Shown: positions 10,045 to 20,540 of the stretch, piece by piece
Layout: each line of letters begins with the position of its first letter
Position numbering within the stretch: position 1 is the stretch's first letter
Source of the DNA: Acidobacteriota bacterium
GTDB taxonomy: Bacteria > Acidobacteriota > Thermoanaerobaculia > Gp7-AA8
Length of the DNA: 64,000 bases
Direction of reading: 5' to 3'
Assembly (NCBI GenBank): GCA_019244185.1
Contig: JAFATB010000014.1
Location: 448,001-512,000, forward strand
Notes under the pieces: generated by a model
What the model was told of the DNA's origin: nothing
The model's database searches: none
What the model saw: the letters and a program-made list of their open reading frames with translations, nothing else
Translations under genes and position numbers: made by a program

Positions 10045-10866
10045 TCAACGCCGGCGCACGGCCGCGCGGTACGCGGCGGGCGTCACGTGCATCGCCTCTT
10101 TGAACGTGCGCCCGAAGTGGCTCTGGTCGGCGAAGCCGGCGGCGAGCGCGATGTCGGCGAGCGGCGCATCCGAGGCGGCGAGCTCGCGGCAGGCGAAGTC
10201 GATCCGCAGCTGCCGCACGTACGCGGCGACGCTCGCGCCGTAATGGCGGCGGAACGCCGCCGCGAGATGGACGGGATGCACGCCGGCGGCCGACGCGAGC
10301 TCCGCGAGCGAGAGGTGCGCGACGGGATCTTCGTGGATCCGCGCGCGCACGCCAGAGAGCCAGCGCGGCGCGCGCTGCTCGAGCCGTCGCTCCGTGCGCG
10401 CGGCGTCGGCGAAGAGGCCGAGCACGAGCGCCTCGACCGCCAGCGCGGAGACATCGTCGCCGCGCGTCAGCTCCGTGTGCAAGCGCCGTCCCGCGACGGC
10501 GAATGCGCTGCCGCGATACACGCCGGAAGTATCGAGCGGACGCACGAGCTCGCGGACGCGTGCGAGCCATTGCGGCGGCAGCTCGACGTTGAGGCAGCGT
10601 CCGCCGCCATCCGTGAAGCGATCCGAATGCGGCTCGCCTTCGGGCCGCACGATGACCGCGCCCGGCTCGACTTCGCGCGTGCTTCCGTCGCAGCGCTCGC
10701 GAAAGGTGCCGCCGAGGACGACCACGAGGCAGGCGTACTCGTGCGCGTGCGTGGCGAGCTCCGCGCCGGCGGCGTAGCGCGTCTCGCTGAGCACGAACGA
10801 GCCCGCCGCGCGCGCGCGCACGACCGGTGCGGGGAAGCGGGTGGGCGAGTAGTGCAACGCATTCAT
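10045..10866 (-). CDS. AraC family transcriptional regulator
   Basis: N-terminal cupin (HAHE...PEGEPH) and C-terminal IALAAGFADQSHFGRTFK; start position uncertain. Confidence 0.92.
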   Translation of the reverse strand: MNALHYSPTRFPAPVVRARAAGSFVLSETRYAAGAELATHAHEYACLVVVLGGTFRERCDGSTREVEPGAVIVRPEGEPHSDRFTDGGGRCLNVELPPQWLARVRELVRPLDTSGVYRGSAFAVAGRRLHTELTRGDDVSALAVEALVLGLFADAARTERRLEQRAPRWLSGVRARIHEDPVAHLSLAELASAAGVHPVHLAAAFRRHYGASVAAYVRQLRIDFACRELAASDAPLADIALAAGFADQSHFGRTFKEAMHVTPAAYRAAVRRR

Positions 10867-11028
10867 CGTAGCGTGCGCTTCGAAGATTCTGACGGCGCGG
10901 ACGCGAACAGGTTGGGAATGTTTTGGCGCCGTGCAGTTCGTGACACGCGCGTGCGGCTCGTGCTGCACGGGAAAGAAGCACGGTGCCGCTCGTGTCTTTT
11001 CCTGTGCAAGTCCAAGGAGACCGAGACC

Positions 11029-12024
11029 ATGAACACGAACAGGAAGTTGGCAGTTTCAGCGGGAGCGCTGGCGCTCCTGCTGACGACCACCGCCTTCGCC
11101 GACGCGCGCGACAACGACCGCAACCGCGACCATCGCGGCGAGCGCGGCACGTACCAGCGCAGCGGCGAGAACCGCGGCAGCAGCAGTGCGGCAGCGACCG
11201 CAGCGGCGGCGCAGAACGCCGCCCGCGATGCGTTCAACCGGAATCGCGGCGAGCGCGGCACGGCGACCGCGCCGGAAGTGCAGAACAACCGCGGGACGTA
11301 CAACGCCGGCACGTACAACCGCAACGACGCGAATCGCACCACGACGAGCGCCGGCGCGTACCAGAGCAACAGCCGCGGCACGTACGACAACCGTGGCAGC
11401 AACAACCGCGGCAGCGCCGATCGTAACTACGACCGCAACAACGGCAACCGCAACAACGCCAACCGCGGCGTGTACAACGGCGGCACGTACAACCGCGGCA
11501 ACGCGGCGCGCGTGTACCACGACAACGACCGCGTGACGTATTCGGGTCGCGTCCGCTCGTTCTCGCGCGAGCGCGACGGCTACCGCGTGTACCTCGACGG
11601 CGCGCGCGAGTCGTACTGGATTCCGGCCTCGCGCTTCGGCCGCGGTCACGAGCTTCGCATCGGCGCCTCGCTCCACCTCGGCGGCATCTTCCGCGGCGGC
11701 ATCGTGAACGTCGACATCCTCGACTGGCCCGACTACGGCTATGACCCGTACTACGGCGGCGGTGGCTACTACGGCGCCGGCTACGGATACGGCAACATCG
11801 GCGGCGTGGTCGAGCGCGTCGACTATCGCAGCGGGTTCCTCCTGCTCCGCGATACGCGCGACGGCCGCACGTTCGAGGTCGACATGCGCGACACCGTGCG
11901 CGCCAGCCGCGTCGACTTCGGCGACCTCCGCCCCGGCGACTACGTCGAGCTGTCCGGCAGCTGGCTGCGCAACGGCGCCTTCGCCGCCGCGCGCATCGAC
12001 AGCGTCGATACGGGTCGCTACTGA
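11029..12024 (+). CDS. Secreted protein with N/R/G/Y-rich low-complexity repeats and two small beta-rich (OB-like) domains
   Basis: AAGGAGA RBS, signal peptide ending in AFA, repeated NRG(T/V)YN units, C-terminal GGVVERVD...DLRPGDYVELSG. Confidence 0.85.
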   Translation: MNTNRKLAVSAGALALLLTTTAFADARDNDRNRDHRGERGTYQRSGENRGSSSAAATAAAAQNAARDAFNRNRGERGTATAPEVQNNRGTYNAGTYNRNDANRTTTSAGAYQSNSRGTYDNRGSNNRGSADRNYDRNNGNRNNANRGVYNGGTYNRGNAARVYHDNDRVTYSGRVRSFSRERDGYRVYLDGARESYWIPASRFGRGHELRIGASLHLGGIFRGGIVNVDILDWPDYGYDPYYGGGGYYGAGYGYGNIGGVVERVDYRSGFLLLRDTRDGRTFEVDMRDTVRASRVDFGDLRPGDYVELSGSWLRNGAFAAARIDSVDTGRY

Positions 12025-12039
12025 TCCCCTCTTCCACCG

Positions 12040-12067
12040 GCGGTGCGCGCGTGAATGCGCGCACCGC
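12040..12067. terminator. GC-rich hairpin between convergent genes
   Basis: GCGGTGCGCGCG-TGAA-TGCGCGCACCGC; weak U-tract. Confidence 0.55.
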
Positions 12068-12094
12068 TTCGCCGTTCCGGCGGCGTCCTGAACC

Positions 12095-13957
12095 TCACGC
12101 GATCGCGCCGAGCCACGTCTCTTTCAACTGCTCGACGTGCGCGCGGTAGTTCGCCATGGCCTCCTCCGCCCGCCCCTCGTCGATCAGCGCGACGCAGCGC
12201 GCGACGAGCGACTCGTACAACTCGCGGAAGAGGCGCGGCGCCTCGGGATGCGCGCGCATCGCGCTGACGATCGCGGGCGCGATGCGGTAGTACTCGCCGA
12301 TCAGCGCGCCGCCGTCGGGAAGCGCGGCGACGTACGCATCGCGGAACGCGCGCAGCGTCTCCAGCTCCCGGCAATCGTCCGGCAGCCCTTTCGCTTCGAC
12401 GCAGGCGGTGGTGAGGAAGCAGCACGAGCAGCAGCAGGCGCTGCTCTGCCTCGGCTGCGGGGGAATCAGCCGCTGTCGTTCGGAGTGGCGTTCCTGCTTC
12501 GGCTTCGGCTTGAAGCTGAAGGACGGCGCTTCGAGGACGTCCAACTTCTTGCGCGTCTGGAGCAGCAGGTACGATTCCGCGGATTTGCTCAGGAGCGCCT
12601 CGAGCGTCTCCTCATCCAACCGTGAGCCGACGTGCTGGAGGAACGCGTCCGGATTCGTGAAGTAGAAGTCGACCAGTTTCTCGCGAGTGAGATTGGTCTG
12701 CTTCATGACGTCGCGCAACACCTGCTGTTCCTCGACGTAGACCCGCTCGCCGTCGTCGGCGCCGCCGCTCGCGAGGACGCGCAAGGTGATCATCTCGGTC
12801 GCGCCTTCGCACGCGGTGCCGCCCCATCGCGCTTTCAGATCGTGCACGGCCATCGCGTGAACGATCTCGTGCACCGCGTAGTGAAGGCGCGGATGCGATT
12901 TGCGGAGGTGCGACGTCCCGTTGGTTTCATAGCCTTTCACCAAGGCGATCCTCGCCGCCTGGTGGGCGATGCCTTCCGGCTTGCTCTGCTGCGCGATCGT
13001 CAAATAGTTCAGCTCGAACTTCCGCTTCGAGAGGATGACGATGTTCTCGATTTCCTGTGGAAACTGATGGATGAACTTGGCCGTCAGTGCGCACTGTTCG
13101 AGCAAGTGCTTCGCGTCGACCGCCAGGCTCTCGACGGTGACGTCGGACTCCACGCCGTGATGCTCCTCGTTCGCGGTGAGGATCTGGCGGAGATGGGACA
13201 CCTCCTCGATCGCCGCCAGCGTCCGCTCGACCAACGACTCTTCGCCGAGTTCGTGGCCGTACGCGCCGATCTCGTCCTTCCAGCGCCCGTACGCGTCCAG
13301 CCATTCGTCGCCGAGGTGACGCCGTGCGTCCTTGTCGGTGATCCGCTGCACGGTGCGCGCGACCTGCCGTCCCATGCGCGCGGCTTCCGCGCCGAGCGCG
13401 CGGTCCTGCACGATGGCGACGCCGCCGCCGAACGGATTCGCGACGCGGCCGCTGCGCTGCTGCACGACGTGCGCGAGCTGGCGGCCGAGCGCGTACGGCG
13501 TGCACTGTCCGGGCGCGAAGTAGACATTGCTGCCATGCGTGAATGCCGTCGCGCCGATCGAGGCCGCGTGCGGTCCGACGTGAACGCGCACGTCGGCGAA
13601 GTTCGCGCGGAACGTCCGCTCGAGCATCTGCCGGACCGGCAGCGGCAGCGCGCGCCCGCCGCCGCGCGGAAACGACGCGAGCTGCACCGGCAGCTGCACG
13701 GCGCCGGAGCGATGCGGCTGCGGGGGAGCGGGAAGGTGCGTGCGCGGCGGCGCGGCGATGCGCGCCGGCTGCGGAACGCGTGACACGGCGGCTGCTTTCA
13801 TCTGCGCGGCCCGCGCTCCTCCGGCGCCGCGCGCGATCGCGTCCTGCACCCACGACGCCGCGCCCGCCGCCATCTTCGGCTGCACCGCGGCGGGAGCGTT
13901 CACAAACCGCGGGAGAGCACCGGGAAAGTGCCCCTGAATCACATTCGCCTGCGCCAT
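12095..13957 (-). CDS. DUF4157 domain effector-like protein with HExxH metallopeptidase-like core and CFI-box-CTERM-like domain
   Basis: FADVRVH...GATAFTHGSNVYF...HVVQQ...VQR; central AVHEIVH...EGATE; C-terminal CFLTTAC...ELETLRAFRD...YYRIAP; GGAGG RBS. Confidence 0.85.
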   Translation of the reverse strand: MAQANVIQGHFPGALPRFVNAPAAVQPKMAAGAASWVQDAIARGAGGARAAQMKAAAVSRVPQPARIAAPPRTHLPAPPQPHRSGAVQLPVQLASFPRGGGRALPLPVRQMLERTFRANFADVRVHVGPHAASIGATAFTHGSNVYFAPGQCTPYALGRQLAHVVQQRSGRVANPFGGGVAIVQDRALGAEAARMGRQVARTVQRITDKDARRHLGDEWLDAYGRWKDEIGAYGHELGEESLVERTLAAIEEVSHLRQILTANEEHHGVESDVTVESLAVDAKHLLEQCALTAKFIHQFPQEIENIVILSKRKFELNYLTIAQQSKPEGIAHQAARIALVKGYETNGTSHLRKSHPRLHYAVHEIVHAMAVHDLKARWGGTACEGATEMITLRVLASGGADDGERVYVEEQQVLRDVMKQTNLTREKLVDFYFTNPDAFLQHVGSRLDEETLEALLSKSAESYLLLQTRKKLDVLEAPSFSFKPKPKQERHSERQRLIPPQPRQSSACCCSCCFLTTACVEAKGLPDDCRELETLRAFRDAYVAALPDGGALIGEYYRIAPAIVSAMRAHPEAPRLFRELYESLVARCVALIDEGRAEEAMANYRAHVEQLKETWLGAIA

Positions 13958-14032
13958 CCGCGTACCCCTCCCGCACTTCCTCTGTGGTGGATCGCGGTCA
14001 TTCTACCGCGATGGAAAGGCGGCGGGACGGCG

Positions 14033-14419
14033 TTACTGCGCCCGCACCGCGCGCGCGATCAGCCCGATCCCGCCCGCGAGCAGCACGAGCATCAGGATCG
14101 TGTTGAAGAGGCTCGTCGGACGAAAGTAGATCTCGAGGTTCGTCAGGATTCCCGCAAGGATGATGACCGCGCCGGCGAACGTCAGCAGCCAACCGGCGAT
14201 CGAACGGCCGTTGAAGAACAGCAGGCCGATGCCGAGGAGCAGCGGGATCAGCGAGAGGCCGAAGGCGTTGTAGCCGCCCCAGTGCCAGTAGCCGGACGTC
14301 ACCGTCACCTGCGTCGTCAGCAGATAACCGCCGGCGATGGCCATGCCGAGGCCGAAGAGGAACGTGCCGATGCCGCCGGAAGTCCCGCCCGCGCCGCGGC
14401 GGAAGTCGTGATCCGTCAT
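14033..14419 (-). CDS. Conserved small membrane protein
   Basis: GAGGTSGG N-terminus, 4 TM helices, conserved-looking FRPTSLFN...LLAGGIGL. Confidence 0.85.
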   Translation of the reverse strand: MTDHDFRRGAGGTSGGIGTFLFGLGMAIAGGYLLTTQVTVTSGYWHWGGYNAFGLSLIPLLLGIGLLFFNGRSIAGWLLTFAGAVIILAGILTNLEIYFRPTSLFNTILMLVLLAGGIGLIARAVRAQ

Positions 14420-14435
14420 GCGGCGATTGTAAGTT

Positions 14436-14452
14436 TCTTAGCGTCCTCTTAG
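14436..14452. promoter_or_regulatory. Tandem TCTTAG-N5-TCTTAG direct repeat (11-bp period), candidate OmpR/PhoB-type box
   Basis: TCTTAG at 14436 and 14447, with a third copy at 14510, in the divergent intergenic region. Confidence 0.4.
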
Positions 14453-14571
14453 GAAACCGCGCGCCTCCGCGCGCGTCGCCGCGCATCTTTTCCGATCCGC
14501 ATAGCGAACTCTTAGCAACGCGCCCTCCGCGGGATCTCTACATTGCCTCTCGAAGACGAAAGGAGATCCCT

Positions 14572-15561
14572 GTGACGATCACTGCTGACGAAACGACCAC
14601 CACCACGAGCGCGGAGCGCGGCGCCGCCGCGAAGGCGCTCGAGATGATGCTGCTCATCCGCACGTTCGAAGAGAAATCCGCCGAGCTGCGCGCGAAAGGA
14701 CTGTCGCCGAACATGTGCACCTCCGTCGGCCAGGAAGCGAGTGCCGCCGGCGTGATGCGCGCCCTCGGGCCGCAGGACCTCATCCTCACCAATCACCGCA
14801 GCGCCGGCCATCTCCTCGCGCGCGGCGCCGATCCGGGCCGCGTCCTCGCCGAGATCCTCGGCAAGAGCACGGGCTACTGCAAAGGGAAGAGCGGCAGCCT
14901 GCACATCTCCGTCAAAGAGCTCGGCGTCGTGCTGACGTCGACCATCGTCGGCGGCGAGCTCTCGCTCGTCACCGGCGCGGCGCTCTCGCTGGCGATGAAG
15001 AACAGCGGCGCGCTCGCGGCATGCTTCTTCGGCGACGGCGCCGCGTGCGAGGGCATCTTCCACGAGTCGCTCAATCTCGCCGCCGTCTGGAACCTGCCCA
15101 TTCTTTACGTCTGCGAGAACAACCAGTGGCAGGCGTACGTGCACCGCAAGCAGACGATGCTCACCGATCACGTCGCGGAGTGGGCGCGCCCGCTCGGCGT
15201 CGAGGCGATCACCGTCGACGGCAACGACGTCGAGGCCGTGACCGCCGCCGCGCGCGAGGCCGTCGCATACATCCGCGCCACCGGCAAGCCGTTCCTCCTC
15301 GAGACCTACACCTACCGCCAGCGCGGCCACATGGAGCCCGACGATCAGCAGTACGTCGACAGGAACGAGCTCGCGTCGTGGATCGCGCGCGACCCGATCG
15401 CGACGTACGAGGCGCGTCTCGCGCAGCGCGGCGAGCTGACCGGCGACGAGATCGCGGAGATCCGCGAGCGCGCGCGCCTCATCGTCGAGGAAGCGGCCGA
15501 CTTCGCGCTCGCGTCGCCGTATCCCGCTTTCGCCGAACTGACCACCGACGTCTACGCCTGA
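14572..15561 (+). CDS. TPP-dependent dehydrogenase E1 component, alpha subunit
   Basis: GQEA, NHR, GKSGSLH, TPP motif FGDGA...N, CENNQW, TYRQRGH. Confidence 0.92.
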   Translation: MTITADETTTTTSAERGAAAKALEMMLLIRTFEEKSAELRAKGLSPNMCTSVGQEASAAGVMRALGPQDLILTNHRSAGHLLARGADPGRVLAEILGKSTGYCKGKSGSLHISVKELGVVLTSTIVGGELSLVTGAALSLAMKNSGALAACFFGDGAACEGIFHESLNLAAVWNLPILYVCENNQWQAYVHRKQTMLTDHVAEWARPLGVEAITVDGNDVEAVTAAAREAVAYIRATGKPFLLETYTYRQRGHMEPDDQQYVDRNELASWIARDPIATYEARLAQRGELTGDEIAEIRERARLIVEEAADFALASPYPAFAELTTDVYA

Positions 15562-15590
15562 ACCGAAACGCGGAGCTGAAGGAGAACGCC

Positions 15591-16544
<954 letters not shown>

Positions 16545-16565
16545 CGCGCGGGTTTACCTGCGATG

Positions 16566-16606
16566 CGACGCGCGCGCTGCTCCGGCGGCGCGCGCGTTCG
16601 TCTTTC
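16566..16606. terminator. Putative intrinsic terminator hairpin
   Basis: GACGCGCGCGCTGC-TCCG-GCGGCGCGCGCGTT followed by CGTCTTT, between convergent genes. Confidence 0.55.
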
Positions 16607-17598
16607 TAGTCGCGAAACGCTTCGGCGACGAGCTCGAACGAGCGCCGCCGCGCCGCATGATCGTACGTGTTCGTCACGATCATCAGCTCCGACGCGCCGT
16701 ACTCCTCGGCGACCGCTTCGAGCCGCGTGCGGATGGTGTCGGGCGTGCCGAGGACGAGGCGGCGGCTGAGCGGCACGCCTTCTTTTTCGAGGAAGCGCTG
16801 CGCGACGTCGGGCGGCGGAATGGGGATCAGCTGTCCGCGCTGGAGAAGCGCGATCATCATGCGGCCGCTCGCGGCGAGGCGCTGCGCTTCTTCCTCGGTC
16901 TCCGCGCAGAGCGTCCACACCGCGGCGATGACGCGCGGCTCGCTGAGCGTGCGCGCGGGCGTGAAGTGCTCGCGGTAGTGTTGCGCGATCTCGGCGCCCT
17001 GCGGGTTGATGAAGTCGGCGAACGCGTAGGGGAGGCCGAGCTCCGCCGCCCAGAGGCCGCTCTGCGGTGAGCTGCCGAGGAGCCAGAGGTCGGGATGTTC
17101 GGGGCGGCCGGGGAGCGCGGTGAGGCGCGCGAACGGATGGTCCTGCGGCATGTCGTCGTCGAGGTACGCCATCAGCTCGACGAGTTGTTGCGGGAAGTCG
17201 TCGGGCGACGCCTGCCGCCGATCGCGTTGCAGCGCGAACGTCGTCGTCGGATCGGTGCCGGCGGCGCGGCCGACGCCGAGGTCGATGCGATTCGGGAAGA
17301 GCCCGGCGAGCATGCTGAAGGTCTCGGCGACGTGCAGCGGGCTGTAATGCGGGAGCATCACGCCGCCGCTGCCGACGCGGATGCGCTTCGTCGCCGACGC
17401 GATCGGGCCGATGAGCGCGGGCGGACTCGCGCACGCGAGCGCGGGCGTGCCGTGATGTTCCGCGACCCAATACCGCTCGTACCCGAGCTCCTCGGCGAAG
17501 CACGCGAGGTCGACGGAGTTGCGCAGCGCCTGCGCGGGCGTCGAGCCGGCGGCGATCGGCGACTGATCGAGAACGCTGAGACGGAGCGGAGCAGACAT
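16606..17598 (-). CDS. LLM class flavin-dependent oxidoreductase (luciferase-like)
   Basis: LSVLDQSP, RYWVAEHH, IRVGSGGVMLPHYSP, RIDLGVGRA. Confidence 0.93.
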   Translation of the reverse strand: MSAPLRLSVLDQSPIAAGSTPAQALRNSVDLACFAEELGYERYWVAEHHGTPALACASPPALIGPIASATKRIRVGSGGVMLPHYSPLHVAETFSMLAGLFPNRIDLGVGRAAGTDPTTTFALQRDRRQASPDDFPQQLVELMAYLDDDMPQDHPFARLTALPGRPEHPDLWLLGSSPQSGLWAAELGLPYAFADFINPQGAEIAQHYREHFTPARTLSEPRVIAAVWTLCAETEEEAQRLAASGRMMIALLQRGQLIPIPPPDVAQRFLEKEGVPLSRRLVLGTPDTIRTRLEAVAEEYGASELMIVTNTYDHAARRRSFELVAEAFRD

Positions 17599-17737
17599 CG
17601 CGAGGGCGAGCGGTGCACATCTGCCGCCCGATTCGAGAGCGCCGTTGACGCAAGCGTGTAGGATCGCGCGCAATGCGGCGCTTGCTCGCGTTTTGGAAGC
17701 GGCCCTTCCGGCTCATCGCGCAGCACCGAGGGCTGGA

Positions 17738-18573
<836 letters not shown>

Positions 18574-18577
<4 letters not shown>

Positions 18578-19605
18578 GACGCACCCTCCGCCTTCTCCTC
18601 GGCGCCGCCGGCGCCGGAATCGCCGGCATCGCCGCCTACGGCTGGTCGCTCTCCGCACCGCGCTACCGCGGCGCGACGTCCGACCATTTCGACGGCAAGC
18701 GCTTCCGCAATCTCACGCCGACGCGACACGCCGGCTTTCTCGACCTGCTGCGCTGGATGGCCACGCGCGATCACGCGCCGTGGGATCGCTGGCGCAACAC
18801 GCCGCCCGGGGCGCCGCCGCCACAACGCGTCGACGGCGACGCGCTGCGCATCACGTTCGTCAATCACGCGACGCTGCTCATCCAGACCGCATCGGTCAAC
18901 ATCTTGACCGATCCGATCTGGTCCGAGCGCTGCAGCCCGGTCGGCTTCGCCGGTCCCATCCGCCACCACCCGCCAGGCATCCGCCTCGAGGATCTGCCGC
19001 CGCTCGACGCGGTGCTCATCAGCCACAACCATTACGACCATCTCGACGTGCCGACGCTCGCGCAACTGCGCGCGCCGCGCATCATCACCGGCCTCGGCAA
19101 CGCGGCGTTCCTGCAGTCGCAGAACATCGAGCACGTCACGGAGCTCGACTGGTGGCAGACGACGGAGCTCGCGTCCGGGGTGCGCATTCACGTGGTGCCG
19201 GCGCAGCATTTCTCGTCGCGCGGCTTCGGCGACCGCGACGCGAATCTCTGGTGCGGCTTCGTCATCGAGACGCCCGGCGGCGTCATCTATTTCGCGGGCG
19301 ACACCGGCTGGGGCGAGCATTTCGCCGAGATCCGCAAACGCTTCGGCCCGCCACGCGCGGCGCTGCTGCCGATCGGCGCGTATCGTCCGGAGTGGTTCAT
19401 GTGCGCCGTGCACATCTCTCCCGCCGATGCCGTACGCGCCGCCGACGCCCTCGGCGCGAAGCTGTCCATTCCGATGCACTACGGGACGTTCGACCTCGGC
19501 GACGACGGTCAGGACGAGCCCGTGCACGCGCTGCAAACGGCGCTCGCGACCGCACCGCACGCGCGCTTCCAGGTCGTGCCGCCGGGCGCGTTCGCGGAGC
19601 CGTAA
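18574..19605 (+). CDS. MBL-fold metallo-hydrolase (NAPE-PLD/RomA-like)
   Basis: SHNHYDHLD, PAQHFS, YFAGDTG, LPIGAY, PMHYGTF; coupled to the pirin gene. Confidence 0.92.
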
Positions 19606-19655
19606 AAGCATACGGTTGAGCGAATATGTACGTGTGCCGCGATGTTAGAAGGCGC

Positions 19656-20387
19656 ATGACAACAATGAAAGGATGGCTGGCCGCGGCAGCGGTCGCCGCG
19701 CTCAGCACGACCGCCGCATTCGCCGCGCCGAACAACGAGACGCTGCAGTACGACTGGAAGCTGCGGGGCGCCCTTTCCTGGGTCGCACGCGTGAAGTTCC
19801 CCACCGCCGGCACGGGCGTGCTGCAGACGCAGCCGGCCGGCGCCGCGAACGTGGACAGCCGCCTCCGCATCAGCTCCGGCGGCACGGACTACATCGAGTA
19901 CCGCTCGCGCATGGACAACACGCAGCGCACGCTCGCCAGCGTGAACGGCTACACGTTCGGCTCGAAGTCGGAACACAAGGAAACGGTGTACGACTACACC
20001 GCGAACATCGCCCGCCTCGAGGAGCGTGCGGACGGCCAGACCGAGACGAAGACGAAGCCGCTCACCGTCGACGCTGCGCGCGACGTGCTCACGACGATCG
20101 CGTACCTCCGCGATCACGCCGCGCAGATCAACGCGCCCGTCGTCACCGATGTCTACGCGGAAGGCAAACCATACCGCGTGCGCATCGAGCCCGCCGGCCT
20201 CAAGTCCGCCGACTGGCAAGGCCGCACCGTCTCCGCCCGCGAGTTCCACGTCGTCGCCGCCCCCGGCGAGAAGAAGAAGTTCCCCGGCCTCACGGTCTGG
20301 ATCTCGGAAGACGACCGCCGCCTCCCGCTCCGCATCCTCATCGACCAACGCTACGCGAGCATCGACCTGCGGCTCAAAGCGTCGTAG
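19656..20387 (+). CDS. Secreted DUF3108-like protein
   Basis: Signal peptide, ETLQYD, DVLTTIAYLR, VWISEDDRRLPLRI. Confidence 0.7.
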   Translation: MTTMKGWLAAAAVAALSTTAAFAAPNNETLQYDWKLRGALSWVARVKFPTAGTGVLQTQPAGAANVDSRLRISSGGTDYIEYRSRMDNTQRTLASVNGYTFGSKSEHKETVYDYTANIARLEERADGQTETKTKPLTVDAARDVLTTIAYLRDHAAQINAPVVTDVYAEGKPYRVRIEPAGLKSADWQGRTVSAREFHVVAAPGEKKKFPGLTVWISEDDRRLPLRILIDQRYASIDLRLKAS

Positions 20388-20410
20388 AGCTGACGTAGGG
20401 GAACCGACGA

Positions 20411-20540
20411 GGAGCGCCTCCGGCGGGCCGGCACGGCCGGCAGCGCTGAGGGCCTAGCCAGATGCACGTGCGGCTGCTCTGAACGTCATTGATCGCGGAA
20501 CTAAGCGCTGCCGGCCGTGCCGGCCCGCCGGAGGCGCTCC
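20411..20540. repeat. Perfect 37-bp inverted repeat pair with 56-bp spacer (REP doublet / REPIN or MITE-like)
   Basis: 20411-20447 GGAGCGCCTCCGGCGGGCCGGCACGGCCGGCAGCGCT; its exact reverse complement lies at 20504-20540. Confidence 0.9.

Noticed and set aside
10087-11028. N-terminal extension of the 645-aa ORF
   Set aside because: It is antisense to AraC; the true start is 11029, with RBS and signal peptide.
11100-11520. Possible CRISPR or nucleotide repeat array
   Set aside because: The repeats are degenerate, in-frame coding repeats with no constant repeat-spacer structure, and no cas genes are present.
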